Of a DNA stretch of 64,000 nt, positions 47,456 to 56,216 are shown one piece after another. Source of the DNA: Terriglobia bacterium. Its GTDB lineage: Bacteria > Acidobacteriota > Vicinamibacteria > Vicinamibacterales > CAVVIG01. Numbering within the stretch: the first letter of the stretch is position 1; each line of letters opens with the position of its first letter. Under the pieces are notes generated by a model. That model did no database searches. It had not been told where the DNA came from and saw only the letters and a list, made by a program, of their open reading frames with translations. Where the stretch lies: NCBI GenBank assembly GCA_020073005.1, contig JAIQFX010000051.1, forward strand, positions 732 through 64,731, given 5' to 3'. The position numbers were made by a program, and so were the translations under genes.

Positions 47456-48634
47456 TCAGACCTTTAATTGTAACTCGCCGGCCAGCTCTTCGGCACGCTC
47501 GCGCGCCCAGCGATCCACGGCCCGCACCTCGGCGAGCGTGGCGACGTTCGCCAGGGGGCCGGGCGTGTGCGCGTCCATCGTGCGCGCGATGACCCGCGGG
47601 ATGGCGGTGAAACCGATGCGGCCGTCGAGGAATCGCGCGACCGCCACTTCATTCGCCGCGTTCAAGACGACCGGCAGGCTGCGCTCGGCGTCCAGCGCGC
47701 GGTACGCCAGACCCAGACAGGGAAACGCCGCGGTGTCAGGCGCTTCGAACTCCAGACGTCCCGCCGCCGCGAGATCGAGCGGCGGCAGGGGCGCGTGCCA
47801 GCGGTCGGGATACGAGAACGCGTACTGAATCGGCAGCCGCATGTCCGTCAGGCCGAGCTGCGCGATGATCGATCCGTCCGTCAGCTCCACCATCGAGTGC
47901 ACGACCGACTGCGGGTGGATGACGACGTCGATCTGATCGGCACGCACGCCGAACAACCAGTGCGCCTCGATCACTTCGAGGCCCTTGTTCATCAGCGTGG
48001 CCGAATCGATCGTGATTTTTCTGCCCATGCGCCAGGTGGGATGCTTCAGCGCGTCCGCCGCCGTGACCCCTGTCAGATCAGACGCGGCGCGGCCGCGAAA
48101 AGGTCCGCCCGACGCGGTCAATATCAATCGTGTGATCTCCGCGCGATTCCTGCCATGCAGGCATTGGTGGATGGCGTTGTGCTCGCTGTCCACCGGCAGA
48201 ATCGCGACGCCGTGCCGCGCGGCGGCGTCGGTGACGATGCCGCCGGCCATGACGAGCACTTCCTTGTTGGCCAGCGCGATCGTTTTCTTCTGCGCGATCG
48301 CGGCGAGGACGGCCTCGAGCGCCTCGGTCCCGCTCGACGCGCAGAGCACGAGGTCGACGTCCGGATGCGATGCGACGGCGACGAGTCCGTCGCGGCCGGT
48401 GCCGGCGAGCGCCACGCCGGCCGCGTAGCCGATCTGCTTCAGGCGATCCATCGCGGCGCCCGTGGCCATCGCGGCGACGCGCGGCCGGTACTGCGTGACC
48501 TGCGCCGCGAAGAGCTCCGCGTTCTCGCCGGCGGCGAGGCCGACGACCTGCAGTCGATCGGCATGCGCGTCGACGACGGCGAGCGCGCTCTGGCCGATCG
48601 AGCCGGTCGATCCAAGGATGGCGAGGCGTTTCAT
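47456..48634 (-). CDS. dxr: 1-deoxy-D-xylulose 5-phosphate reductoisomerase
   Basis: 392 aa from the ATG at 48634. Motifs MKRLAILGSTGSIGQSAL, LANKE, ILTASGGPFR, and HPTWRMGRKITIDSATLMNKGLE. The upstream 21 codons of ORF 48697 lie in repeat sequence and were rejected. Confidence 0.92.
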   Translation of the reverse strand: MKRLAILGSTGSIGQSALAVVDAHADRLQVVGLAAGENAELFAAQVTQYRPRVAAMATGAAMDRLKQIGYAAGVALAGTGRDGLVAVASHPDVDLVLCASSGTEALEAVLAAIAQKKTIALANKEVLVMAGGIVTDAAARHGVAILPVDSEHNAIHQCLHGRNRAEITRLILTASGGPFRGRAASDLTGVTAADALKHPTWRMGRKITIDSATLMNKGLEVIEAHWLFGVRADQIDVVIHPQSVVHSMVELTDGSIIAQLGLTDMRLPIQYAFSYPDRWHAPLPPLDLAAAGRLEFEAPDTAAFPCLGLAYRALDAERSLPVVLNAANEVAVARFLDGRIGFTAIPRVIARTMDAHTPGPLANVATLAEVRAVDRWARERAEELAGELQLKV

Positions 48635-48647
48635 CGCTGAAAAGGAA

Positions 48648-48735
48648 GGAACCACAGAGGACACGGAGGGCACGGAGGTGAGAAATGTGGGCGACACAGG
48701 TTCCTTCCTCCGTGTCCCCCGTGTCCTCCGTGGTT
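48648..48735. repeat. Inverted GGACACGGA-type repeat (hairpin element) between cdsA and dxr
   Basis: The left arm aaccacagaggacacggagggcacggagg pairs with the right arm cctccgtgtcccccgtgtcctccgtggtt with 3 mismatches in 29. The loop is about 28 nt. Confidence 0.85.
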
Positions 48736-48743
48736 AATCCCTT

Positions 48744-49562
48744 TCATACGTACTTCAGTACTACGTAGTAAACCGGCGCCGCGAAGAGCAGCGCGTCGAT
48801 CCGATCGAGCACGCCGCCGTGCCCGGGAATCAGCGTCGAGCTGTCCTTCACGCCGGCGCTGCGCTTGAGCATCGATTCGAACAGATCGCCCGCGATGCCG
48901 AGCGCGACCATCGTCAAGCCGAGTCCGGCGCGCAGCGCGACGGGCAGATCCGGCAGCCACCACGCGCCGGCGACGGTGAGCGTCGCGGCACCGAAGACGA
49001 AGCCGCCGATCGCGCCTTCGATCGTCTTCTTCGGGCTGATGGCGGGCGCGAGCAGCCGGCGGCCGAACGCACGGCCCGTGTAGTACTGCGCCGTGTCGCT
49101 CACCATGACCGTCAGCATCAACAGGAACACGGCGGCGCTGCCGCGTGACGCGCGGATCGACAGCATCGCGCCGATGGGCAGCCCGAGATACAGCATCGGG
49201 AAGACGCTGGCCGCCGCGCGGCCCATCGCGTCTTTGTCTCTATCGCCGCGCCACGTCATCAGAGACATCGCCGCCAGGACGACGAAGCCGGACATCAGGA
49301 CGGCGTCGAGCAGAAACGCCGTGGCGACGATTTCATCGCCGAGCCAGTGAAACGACGAGACGCCGATCGACGCAAGGACGGTGGCGGCGCCGGCCGGCAC
49401 CGCGGGAATCGGCAGGCCGCACGCCGTCGCGAGCCGCGAGTATTCGACGAACGCGAGGATGAGCAGCAGCTCGCCGAACGCGAAGAAGACGGGAGACGGC
49501 GCGAACCACACGACCGCGACGGCGATCGCAATCAGCGCGGCCCCGCTGAGGACGCGGGTCAC
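48744..49562 (-). CDS. cdsA: Phosphatidate cytidylyltransferase
   Basis: About 272 aa from the GTG at 49562, which overlaps the uppS stop (GTGA). The signature SMLKRSAGVKDSSTLIPGHGGVLDRID is present. The longer ORF to 49670 would overlap uppS. Confidence 0.85.
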   Translation of the reverse strand: MTRVLSGAALIAIAVAVVWFAPSPVFFAFGELLLILAFVEYSRLATACGLPIPAVPAGAATVLASIGVSSFHWLGDEIVATAFLLDAVLMSGFVVLAAMSLMTWRGDRDKDAMGRAAASVFPMLYLGLPIGAMLSIRASRGSAAVFLLMLTVMVSDTAQYYTGRAFGRRLLAPAISPKKTIEGAIGGFVFGAATLTVAGAWWLPDLPVALRAGLGLTMVALGIAGDLFESMLKRSAGVKDSSTLIPGHGGVLDRIDALLFAAPVYYVVLKYV

Positions 49563-50350
49563 TTGATGCTGAGCGCCACCGGCGACGGTTTGATGCCGCC
49601 GTAGCGGCGGTCGCGTTTCTGGTAGGCGAGCACGGCTTCGAGGAGATGACGGCAGCGGAAATCCGGCCACAGCGTTTCGGTGACCCAGATCTCGGCGTAC
49701 GCGATCTGCCAGAGCAGGAAGTTACTGACGCGCATCTCGCCGCTCGTGCGGATGAGCAGATCGGGATCCGGCTGTCCTGCGGTGTACAGGAAGTCGCTGA
49801 AGCGCCGCTCGTCGAGATCCTCGGCGGGAATGCCCGACGCGATCGCGCGCCGCGCCGCGTCGACGATTTCCGCGCGGCCGCCGTAATTGAGCGCGATGTT
49901 GAACAGCATGCCGGTGTTGGCCGCCGTCTGCCGGATGCCGATCTCGAGCTCGGTCTGCACGTCCGGCGCGAGCTCGTCGGACCGGCCGATGACCTGGAAG
50001 CGGATGTTGTTCTTCTGCAGCGTGCCGAGCTCGAGGCGGATGTACCGCTTCAGCAGCGTCATCAGCGTGTTGACTTCCGCGCGCGGCCGCTTCCAGTTCT
50101 CGACCGAAAACGCGTAGAGCGTCAGCACGCCGATCCCGAGCCGCGCCGACGCCTCGACGACGTCGCGCACCGAATCGATGCCGGCGCGGTGCCCTTCGAC
50201 GCGTGGAAGATGGCGCTGCGCGGCCCAGCGCCCGTTGCCATCCATGATGATGGCGACGTGCGTCGGCAGCTGCTCGAAGTTCACCTGCCGCGCCAGCGTC
50301 TCGTCGGGCGAGCCCGGCGGAATCCACGCCAGCAGCTGCTCAAGCGACAT
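49559..50350 (-). CDS. uppS: Isoprenyl transferase (undecaprenyl-diphosphate synthase)
   Basis: 263 aa. Motifs HVAIIMDGNGRWA, LTLYAFSVENWKRP and RTSGEMRVSNFLLWQ. Confidence 0.92.
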   Translation of the reverse strand: MSLEQLLAWIPPGSPDETLARQVNFEQLPTHVAIIMDGNGRWAAQRHLPRVEGHRAGIDSVRDVVEASARLGIGVLTLYAFSVENWKRPRAEVNTLMTLLKRYIRLELGTLQKNNIRFQVIGRSDELAPDVQTELEIGIRQTAANTGMLFNIALNYGGRAEIVDAARRAIASGIPAEDLDERRFSDFLYTAGQPDPDLLIRTSGEMRVSNFLLWQIAYAEIWVTETLWPDFRCRHLLEAVLAYQKRDRRYGGIKPSPVALSIK

Positions 50351-50391
50351 GACGGTTCCCAGGAGGCAATCGTTGCAAGCGTTGATTTTAC

Positions 50392-52236
50392 CTAATATCC
50401 CATCGCATACGCGGTCCGCCGCGGATCGCCGCCCGCCATCATGGTCCCCGTTTTCGGATCGAAACGAATCGCCTGCATGTGGCCGAGCGACCCCCAGCCG
50501 GGCAGCACCTGCACGTCGTGCCCCATCGCCTTGAGCGCCGCGATGGTCTCCGGCGAGGCGCGGTTCTCGATCTGCACGCGCAGCGCCGCGCCGGGCTTGT
50601 AGAAGTTCGGCTTGGCGTCGACGACGAACCGCGGCGCCTCGATCGCCTGCTGCACAGGCAAACCGAAGTCGATCAGATTGACCAGCATCTGGAACTCGGT
50701 CTGCCCGATCGTCTCGCCTCCGGGCGAGCCGAAGACGAACGCCGGCTTGCCGTCCTTCAGCACGATGACCGGCGAGTTGTTGAGGATGGGAATCTTGCCG
50801 GGGCCGACGTAGTTCACGTCGGTGGGATACGGCGATGTCGAGCCCAGCCGGAGGCCGTTGTTGAGCAGCAGGCCGGTGTTGCCGACGACGACGTTGTTGC
50901 CGAAGAGGCCGCCGAGCGTCGGCGTGACGGCGATCGTGTTGCCGAACGCGTCGGCGATCGAGTAGCTCGTCGTGTGCTGCTCGGCGTCGTAGTCGTCCGG
51001 AAAATGCTTGCCGCCGGCCGGAGCGGATGTCGTCGACGCGCCTTCAGGCGTGCCCGGGTTTGGATACGGACCGGCCTTCGTCATGTCGATCAGCGCGCGG
51101 CGCGTTGCCGCGTAGCCTTTCGCGAGCATGCCGGCGGTCGGGATGATCGTGAACTTCGGATCGGCGACGTACCGATAGATGTCCGCCTTGGCGACTTTGA
51201 TCGCCTCGATCTCGGCGTGCAACGCCTTCGGCGTGCCCGGCCCGAATGATGTCAGATCGAACCCTTCGACGAGATTCGCCTGCATCAGGACTTCGAAGCC
51301 GCCGCGCGACGTCGACGGATTGCTGTAGACGTCGTAGCCGCGATACGTCGTGTGCAGCGGCTCCTCCCACTTCGGCTCGTACGCCGCGAGGTCCGACGCG
51401 CGCATCACGCCGCCGTTCGCCCTGAAGAAATGATCGAACTCCTGCGCGATGTCGCCCTTGTAGAAGCGATCGAACGCCGCTGCGATCGCCGCCGAACGAT
51501 TGGCGCCCTTCGTTTTCGCCTGCGCCTCCGCCTCGACCATCTTGCGCAGCGTGCTCGCGTAGTCAGGGTTCTTCAGCAGCTCGCCGGCTTTCAACGGCTG
51601 TCCGCCCGGCAGATAGATCTTCGCCGTTGTCGGATACTTCGACAGGTTGTTCTTGCCGCGGTTGATGTCGTCAGCGAGCATCGGATCGATCGGGTAGCCC
51701 TTCTCGGCGTACTCGATCGCCGGCGAGAAGACGTCCGCGACGCTCATCGTGCCGTAGCGATCCAGGAGAAACAGGTAGCCGCCGAGATTGCCAGGCACGA
51801 TGCCGGCCTTCATGCCGGCGTTCAGCAACTCCGGCGTCATCTCGGCCGGCTTGAGGCCCTTGGGCGCGGCGCCCGTCATCGCGAGCGACATCACCTTGCC
51901 GGTCTTCCTGTCGAACAGCGTCGCGAAGCCGTTGCCGCCGATGCCGTTCATCTCCGGCTCGCCGAGCGCGATCATCGCGCCGACGGCGACGGCGGCGTCG
52001 AACGCGTTGCCGCCCTTGAGGAGCATCTGCAGTCCCGCCGAAGACGCGATGGGATGGCCGGCCGTCACGAGGCCGTGCAGACCGGCGACCGCGGGACGCG
52101 TCTGCACGCGGCGATCCGTCGCGGGCGCTTCGGCCGCCTGCTGCTGCGCGACGATGACGGCGCCGCACGCGATGAGAAGGACAGCCGAGCCGAGAGCCGC
52201 TCGCAGGATCTTGGCCTTGTTCACGGGGCACCTCAT
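50392..52236 (-). CDS. ggt: Gamma-glutamyltransferase (exported)
   Basis: About 614 aa from the ATG at 52236 (the GTG at 52224 is an alternative). It has a signal-like N-terminus and the autoprocessing/nucleophile region ...EQHTTSYSIADAFGNTIAVTPTLGGLFG... Confidence 0.85.
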   Translation of the reverse strand: MRCPVNKAKILRAALGSAVLLIACGAVIVAQQQAAEAPATDRRVQTRPAVAGLHGLVTAGHPIASSAGLQMLLKGGNAFDAAVAVGAMIALGEPEMNGIGGNGFATLFDRKTGKVMSLAMTGAAPKGLKPAEMTPELLNAGMKAGIVPGNLGGYLFLLDRYGTMSVADVFSPAIEYAEKGYPIDPMLADDINRGKNNLSKYPTTAKIYLPGGQPLKAGELLKNPDYASTLRKMVEAEAQAKTKGANRSAAIAAAFDRFYKGDIAQEFDHFFRANGGVMRASDLAAYEPKWEEPLHTTYRGYDVYSNPSTSRGGFEVLMQANLVEGFDLTSFGPGTPKALHAEIEAIKVAKADIYRYVADPKFTIIPTAGMLAKGYAATRRALIDMTKAGPYPNPGTPEGASTTSAPAGGKHFPDDYDAEQHTTSYSIADAFGNTIAVTPTLGGLFGNNVVVGNTGLLLNNGLRLGSTSPYPTDVNYVGPGKIPILNNSPVIVLKDGKPAFVFGSPGGETIGQTEFQMLVNLIDFGLPVQQAIEAPRFVVDAKPNFYKPGAALRVQIENRASPETIAALKAMGHDVQVLPGWGSLGHMQAIRFDPKTGTMMAGGDPRRTAYAMGY

Positions 52237-52291
52237 GGAAAAAGGTTGCGGTAAACGGCACATTATCGCCGATGTAAACGGGAGCTCCGCG

Positions 52292-53077
52292 CTAATAGTG
52301 GACGGCGACCAGGAATAGTCCTTCGGCCGGTGCGGTTTGTCCGGCGGCCGTGCGATCTCGCGACGCGAGCACGTCGTTCATCCAGTCCACCGGCCGCCGT
52401 CCGCGGCCGATCTCGACGAGCGTGCCGACGATCGTCCGCACCATGTGGCGGAGGAAGCCGTCGCCGGTGATTTCATACATCACCAATGCGGAGTGAGGAG
52501 TGCGGAGTGCGGAGTGCAGACCGGCTTCCCCAATCCGCATTCCGCACTCCTCAATCCGCGATGTGACGATCGTCCGCACCGTCGACTTCACCTCGCTCTT
52601 CGGTCCCTGGAACGCCGCGAAGTCGTGCGTGCCCTTGACCAGCGCGGCCGCGACCTGCATCGCGGCGACGTCGAGCGCGCCGTAGACGTGCCACGCGTAG
52701 TGGCGCTCGAACGGATCGAGGACATCGGCGTTCCAGAGGCGGTAGCGGTACGTCTTGCCGCGCGCATGGAACCGCGCATGAAAATCGTCCGGCGCGTCTT
52801 CCGCCGACAGCACGCGCACGGCGGGCGGCAGGTTCGCGTTGAGCGAGCGCTGCACGACGTCGGCGGTGACGGCGCGCGCGAGCGTGAACGACGCGACCTG
52901 TCCACGCGCGTGCACGCCGGCGTCGGTGCGGCCGGCGCCGTGCACCGTGACGTCGCGCTCGTCGAGCAGCTTCAGCGCGTCCTCGAGCTGTCCCTGGATC
53001 GACACGCCAGTCGCCTGCCGCTGCCAGCCGACGAAGTCGGTGCCGTCGTAGGCGAGCGTGATCTTGAAGGTGGGCAA
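52292..53077 (-). CDS. truA: tRNA pseudouridine(38-40) synthase, carrying an in-frame repeat insert
   Basis: 261 aa. Motifs FKITLAYDGTDFVGWQRQ, GAGRTDAGVHARGQV (catalytic Asp), FHARF and GFLRHMVRTIVG. It carries an extra ~20 aa at 52487-52559. Confidence 0.9.
   Translation of the reverse strand: MPTFKITLAYDGTDFVGWQRQATGVSIQGQLEDALKLLDERDVTVHGAGRTDAGVHARGQVASFTLARAVTADVVQRSLNANLPPAVRVLSAEDAPDDFHARFHARGKTYRYRLWNADVLDPFERHYAWHVYGALDVAAMQVAAALVKGTHDFAAFQGPKSEVKSTVRTIVTSRIEECGMRIGEAGLHSALRTPHSALVMYEITGDGFLRHMVRTIVGTLVEIGRGRRPVDWMNDVLASRDRTAAGQTAPAEGLFLVAVHY
52487..52559. repeat. Inverted GCGGAKT heptamer arrays inserted in-frame in truA
   Basis: gcggagt gaggagt gcggagt gcggagt gc ... gcattccgcactcctcaatccgc. 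The stretch 52541-52559 is identical to 60831-60849. Translated (minus strand) ...RIEECGMRIGEAGLHSALRTPHSAL... Confidence 0.85.
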
Positions 53078-53081
53078 TTCT

Positions 53082-53660
53082 TCAGGCGACCACGGGCCGC
53101 GACCCTGGCTTCACGACGGGCAGTCCCTGCGCGCACAGCGGACATTGATCGGGCTCGTGCGTCGGCAGGGCGATCTCGAGGAGCGCGGCGAACGGCACGT
53201 CGAACCGTACCGCGCCGCCGCTGCGATCGACGAGGGACGCCGCGCCGACGACCTGTCCGCCGGCCGCCCTCGCCACCTGCATCGTCTCGCGCGTCGATCC
53301 CCCGGTCGTCAGCACGTCCTCGATCACCAGCACGCGATCCGTTTCGCTGATGACGAACCCGCGGCGCAGCGCGAGCGCGCCGTCCTGCCGCTCCGCGAAG
53401 ATGGCGCGCACGCCGAGCGCGCGGCCCACTTCGTGGCCGATGACGACGCCGCCGAGCGCCGGCGAGAGCACGAGGCTCGGACGCAGGTCGCGCGTGCGAT
53501 CCGCGATCGCGCGGCCGAGCGCTTCGGCGTGCTTCGGGTGCTGCAGCACCAGCGCGCACTGCAGGTAGCCCGGACTGTGGAGCCCGGACGACAAACGGAA
53601 ATGACCTTCGAGCAGCGCGCCGGAGCGCCGGAAGAGATCGAGAAGCTCGTCGCGGGTCAT
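53082..53660 (-). CDS. pyrE: Orotate phosphoribosyltransferase
   Basis: About 192 aa from the ATG at 53660 (a TTG lies at 53663). Motifs FRLSSGLHSPGYL and the PRPP loop VLVIEDVLTTGGS. The start shares one nucleotide with the upstream stop (TGATG). Confidence 0.9.
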   Translation of the reverse strand: MTRDELLDLFRRSGALLEGHFRLSSGLHSPGYLQCALVLQHPKHAEALGRAIADRTRDLRPSLVLSPALGGVVIGHEVGRALGVRAIFAERQDGALALRRGFVISETDRVLVIEDVLTTGGSTRETMQVARAAGGQVVGAASLVDRSGGAVRFDVPFAALLEIALPTHEPDQCPLCAQGLPVVKPGSRPVVA

Positions 53661-56101
53661 CAATTCGAACTTCTCACTTTTCCGTTTTCACTTTTCAGTG
53701 TGTCGTCGAAGAGTTTCATGATCCGCCTGTACTCGTCCGCCCAGCTCGTCTCGTCCTCGAACCCGTGATCCTCGACCGGGAACATCGCGACGGACCAGTT
53801 CTCCTTGCGCAGCTCGATCAGGCGCTGCACCAGACGCACGCTGTCCTGGAAGAGCACGTTGGTGTCCACCATGCCGTGGCAGATCAGGAGCGCGCCCTTC
53901 AGGCCCTGCGCGAAGTAGATCGGCGAGCTCTGCCGGTACGCCTCCGGATCGTTCTGCGGCTCGTTCAGAATGTTCGACGTGTAGCCGTGGTTGTAATGCG
54001 CCCAGTCGGTGACGGGCCGCAGCGCCGCGCCGGCCGCGAACGTGTCGGGCGACGTGAACATCGCCATCAGCGTGATGAAGCCGCCGTAGCTGCCGCCGTA
54101 CACGCCGATGTGCTTCGCGTTCACCTTCTGCTTCTCGACGAGATACTTGGCGCCGTCGACGACGTCGTCCAGATCCTTGCCGCCCATGTGGCGATAGATT
54201 GCCGTCCGCCAGTCGCGGCCGTAGCCCGAGCTCGCGCGGTAATCGGGATCGAGCACGACATAGCCCTTCGACGCGAGGACGTTGTGGAACATGTACTCGC
54301 GGTAGTAGCTCGCCCAGTACTTGTGCGCGTTCTGCGCGTAGCCCGCGCCGTGCACGAAGACGACGGCCGGCGCCGACGGATCGCGTTTGGCGCCCATCAT
54401 CTCGGGCGTGAACAGCCGCGCGTAGACGTCGACGCCGTCGCGCGTCTTATAAGTAATGAGCTGCGGATCGATCCACCTGTGCGACCGCCACTCGTCGGTC
54501 GGCGTCGTCGTCACCTGCTTCATCGCCGCGCCGGCCCCATTGGGTGTGTTCGGCATCAGGTACACCTCGTGCGGCTTCGTGCTCGCCGAGTAGATGATGC
54601 CGAACGTCGTGTCGTCGGGCGAGACGACGCCCGCGCTGCCACCCGTCAGCGACGTCAGCTTCGTGCGCGCGCCGCCGTCAACCGACATTGAATAGATGTG
54701 GCGCTCGCCGGGATGCACTTCCGTGCTCGTGATGTAGAACTTCTTCTTGTCCGGCGACAAGCTGAGCGATTCGATCTCCCACTTACCCTGCGTCAGTTGA
54801 CGCGCGGCGGGGTGCTCCGCTGTCGCGTCGAGCGTGTAGAGATGCATCCACGCGTCGCGCTCGGACAGGAACCAGATGTGTTTCTGGTCCGGCAGAAAGC
54901 CGAGTGACGGATCGTTGGGCCCGAAGCCGCCGATCTCGCGCACCCACGCGTCGTCGTGCAGCGTGTCGAGGACGCGCGTCTTGCCGGTGTCGGGATCGAC
55001 CGCCGCCAGCCACCGATCTTTATTGTCGTTCGCGCGCACGTGCGCGACCGTCAGCGATCCGTCCTCGGAGATTTGCGGCATCGCCCAGCGCACCTCGCGC
55101 GGTTGCGGTTTGGCCTCCGTGGCATCCGGCTTCAGCCGGACCGTTCCTGCGAAACCGCCGTCCGCCCACACGGTCTTGCCCGTCTCGAGATTCATGATCG
55201 CGAGCGTCCGCTTGTCCTGCGAATCGCCGACGTAGGTCCGCGCGGGAATGTCTTCGGTGTAGCTCGTCGCCGTCACGTAGTTCGGGACGTTCGGCCGCTT
55301 CGCCGCGTCGGCGCGCTCGACGACGAGGATCATCACGTGCGTGCCGTCGGGCGACAGTTGCAGATCGCCGGCCGACTGCCGGTCCGCGAGCTCGAGCTTC
55401 GGCAGCGCGTTCGCCTTGTCCTTCTCTTCGGCCTTCTTCTTCTTCTCGGCTTCGGTGCGCGTGTGCTCGATGAGCTGCGTCTCTTCCGTCTTCACGAACT
55501 TCTGGCTGTCGGTGTCGCGCGCGTCGCGCTTGCGCGGCTCGATGTCGGTGAGCTGGAGGATGCCGCCGGCCATCGCGCCGTCGAGAGAAACGAGATACAA
55601 ATTGTTCTCGCGCGTGAACGTGACCGCCGTTTCATGGCGCGCCCACCGCGGGTTCGATTCATTGCCCATCGTGCGCGTGATCTGACGTCGCGCGCCGGAC
55701 ACGGAATCCAGCAGGACGATGTCGCCGCGATCGACGGCCAGCACTCGGCGGTGCGCCGCGTCCCACGCGCCGTTGACGGGCGGCGCGCTGCGCCGTTCTT
55801 CATCCGACAGCTTCCGGAGATCGCTCCCGTCGCGCGACACGACCCACGTCGACGCCTCGTCGTCCTGCGGCCGCCGCCACTCGAAGTAGAGCCGCGCGGA
55901 ATCGCCGGACCAGCGCAGGCCGGTCGGCGGATAGCCGACGAGCTTCGGGCCGCGCATCACGCTGTCGACCGTCAGCTCGAAGCCGGCGGGCTTCGACGGC
56001 GGGGCCGCGCCGGCGGACGAGGTTCCCGCCAGGTGCGCCGAGGCGGCGGTCAGAGCCAGCGCGGCGAGGCCGCAGGTCACGCGCGAAGCAGAAATGTGCA
56101 T
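53660..56101 (-). CDS. S9-family serine peptidase (prolyl oligopeptidase / dipeptidyl-peptidase type), exported
   Basis: 813 aa from the ATG at 56101, preceded by GAGGAA. It has a signal peptide and a beta-propeller-like N-terminal part. The C-terminal hydrolase has GVYGGSYGGF (GxSxGG), HGMVDTNV and VEDHGF. The upstream 114 codons of ORF 56443 were rejected. Confidence 0.85.
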   Translation of the reverse strand: MHISASRVTCGLAALALTAASAHLAGTSSAGAAPPSKPAGFELTVDSVMRGPKLVGYPPTGLRWSGDSARLYFEWRRPQDDEASTWVVSRDGSDLRKLSDEERRSAPPVNGAWDAAHRRVLAVDRGDIVLLDSVSGARRQITRTMGNESNPRWARHETAVTFTRENNLYLVSLDGAMAGGILQLTDIEPRKRDARDTDSQKFVKTEETQLIEHTRTEAEKKKKAEEKDKANALPKLELADRQSAGDLQLSPDGTHVMILVVERADAAKRPNVPNYVTATSYTEDIPARTYVGDSQDKRTLAIMNLETGKTVWADGGFAGTVRLKPDATEAKPQPREVRWAMPQISEDGSLTVAHVRANDNKDRWLAAVDPDTGKTRVLDTLHDDAWVREIGGFGPNDPSLGFLPDQKHIWFLSERDAWMHLYTLDATAEHPAARQLTQGKWEIESLSLSPDKKKFYITSTEVHPGERHIYSMSVDGGARTKLTSLTGGSAGVVSPDDTTFGIIYSASTKPHEVYLMPNTPNGAGAAMKQVTTTPTDEWRSHRWIDPQLITYKTRDGVDVYARLFTPEMMGAKRDPSAPAVVFVHGAGYAQNAHKYWASYYREYMFHNVLASKGYVVLDPDYRASSGYGRDWRTAIYRHMGGKDLDDVVDGAKYLVEKQKVNAKHIGVYGGSYGGFITLMAMFTSPDTFAAGAALRPVTDWAHYNHGYTSNILNEPQNDPEAYRQSSPIYFAQGLKGALLICHGMVDTNVLFQDSVRLVQRLIELRKENWSVAMFPVEDHGFEDETSWADEYRRIMKLFDDTLKSENGKVRSSN
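53675..53698. repeat. CTGAAAA-family heptamers forming the 3' end of the peptidase CDS
   Basis: cactttt ccgtttt cactttt cag is translated on the minus strand as ...LKSENGKVRSSN*. Confidence 0.7.
55119..55141. repeat. Single-arm copy of the GTGGCGTCCGGCTTCAGCCGGAC element inside the peptidase CDS (1 mismatch)
   Basis: gtggcatccggcttcagccggac is translated on the minus strand as VRLKPDAT. Confidence 0.8.
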
Positions 56102-56216
56102 GGATTCCTCAAAAAAACGGGGCCTAAGTATACAATTGCCTGAACCATATTTCCCCGCCGGACGTCTACTGATCAGACCAGCGACAGATTTTCCTTTTCT
56201 TGATGGAGCGTCAGAA

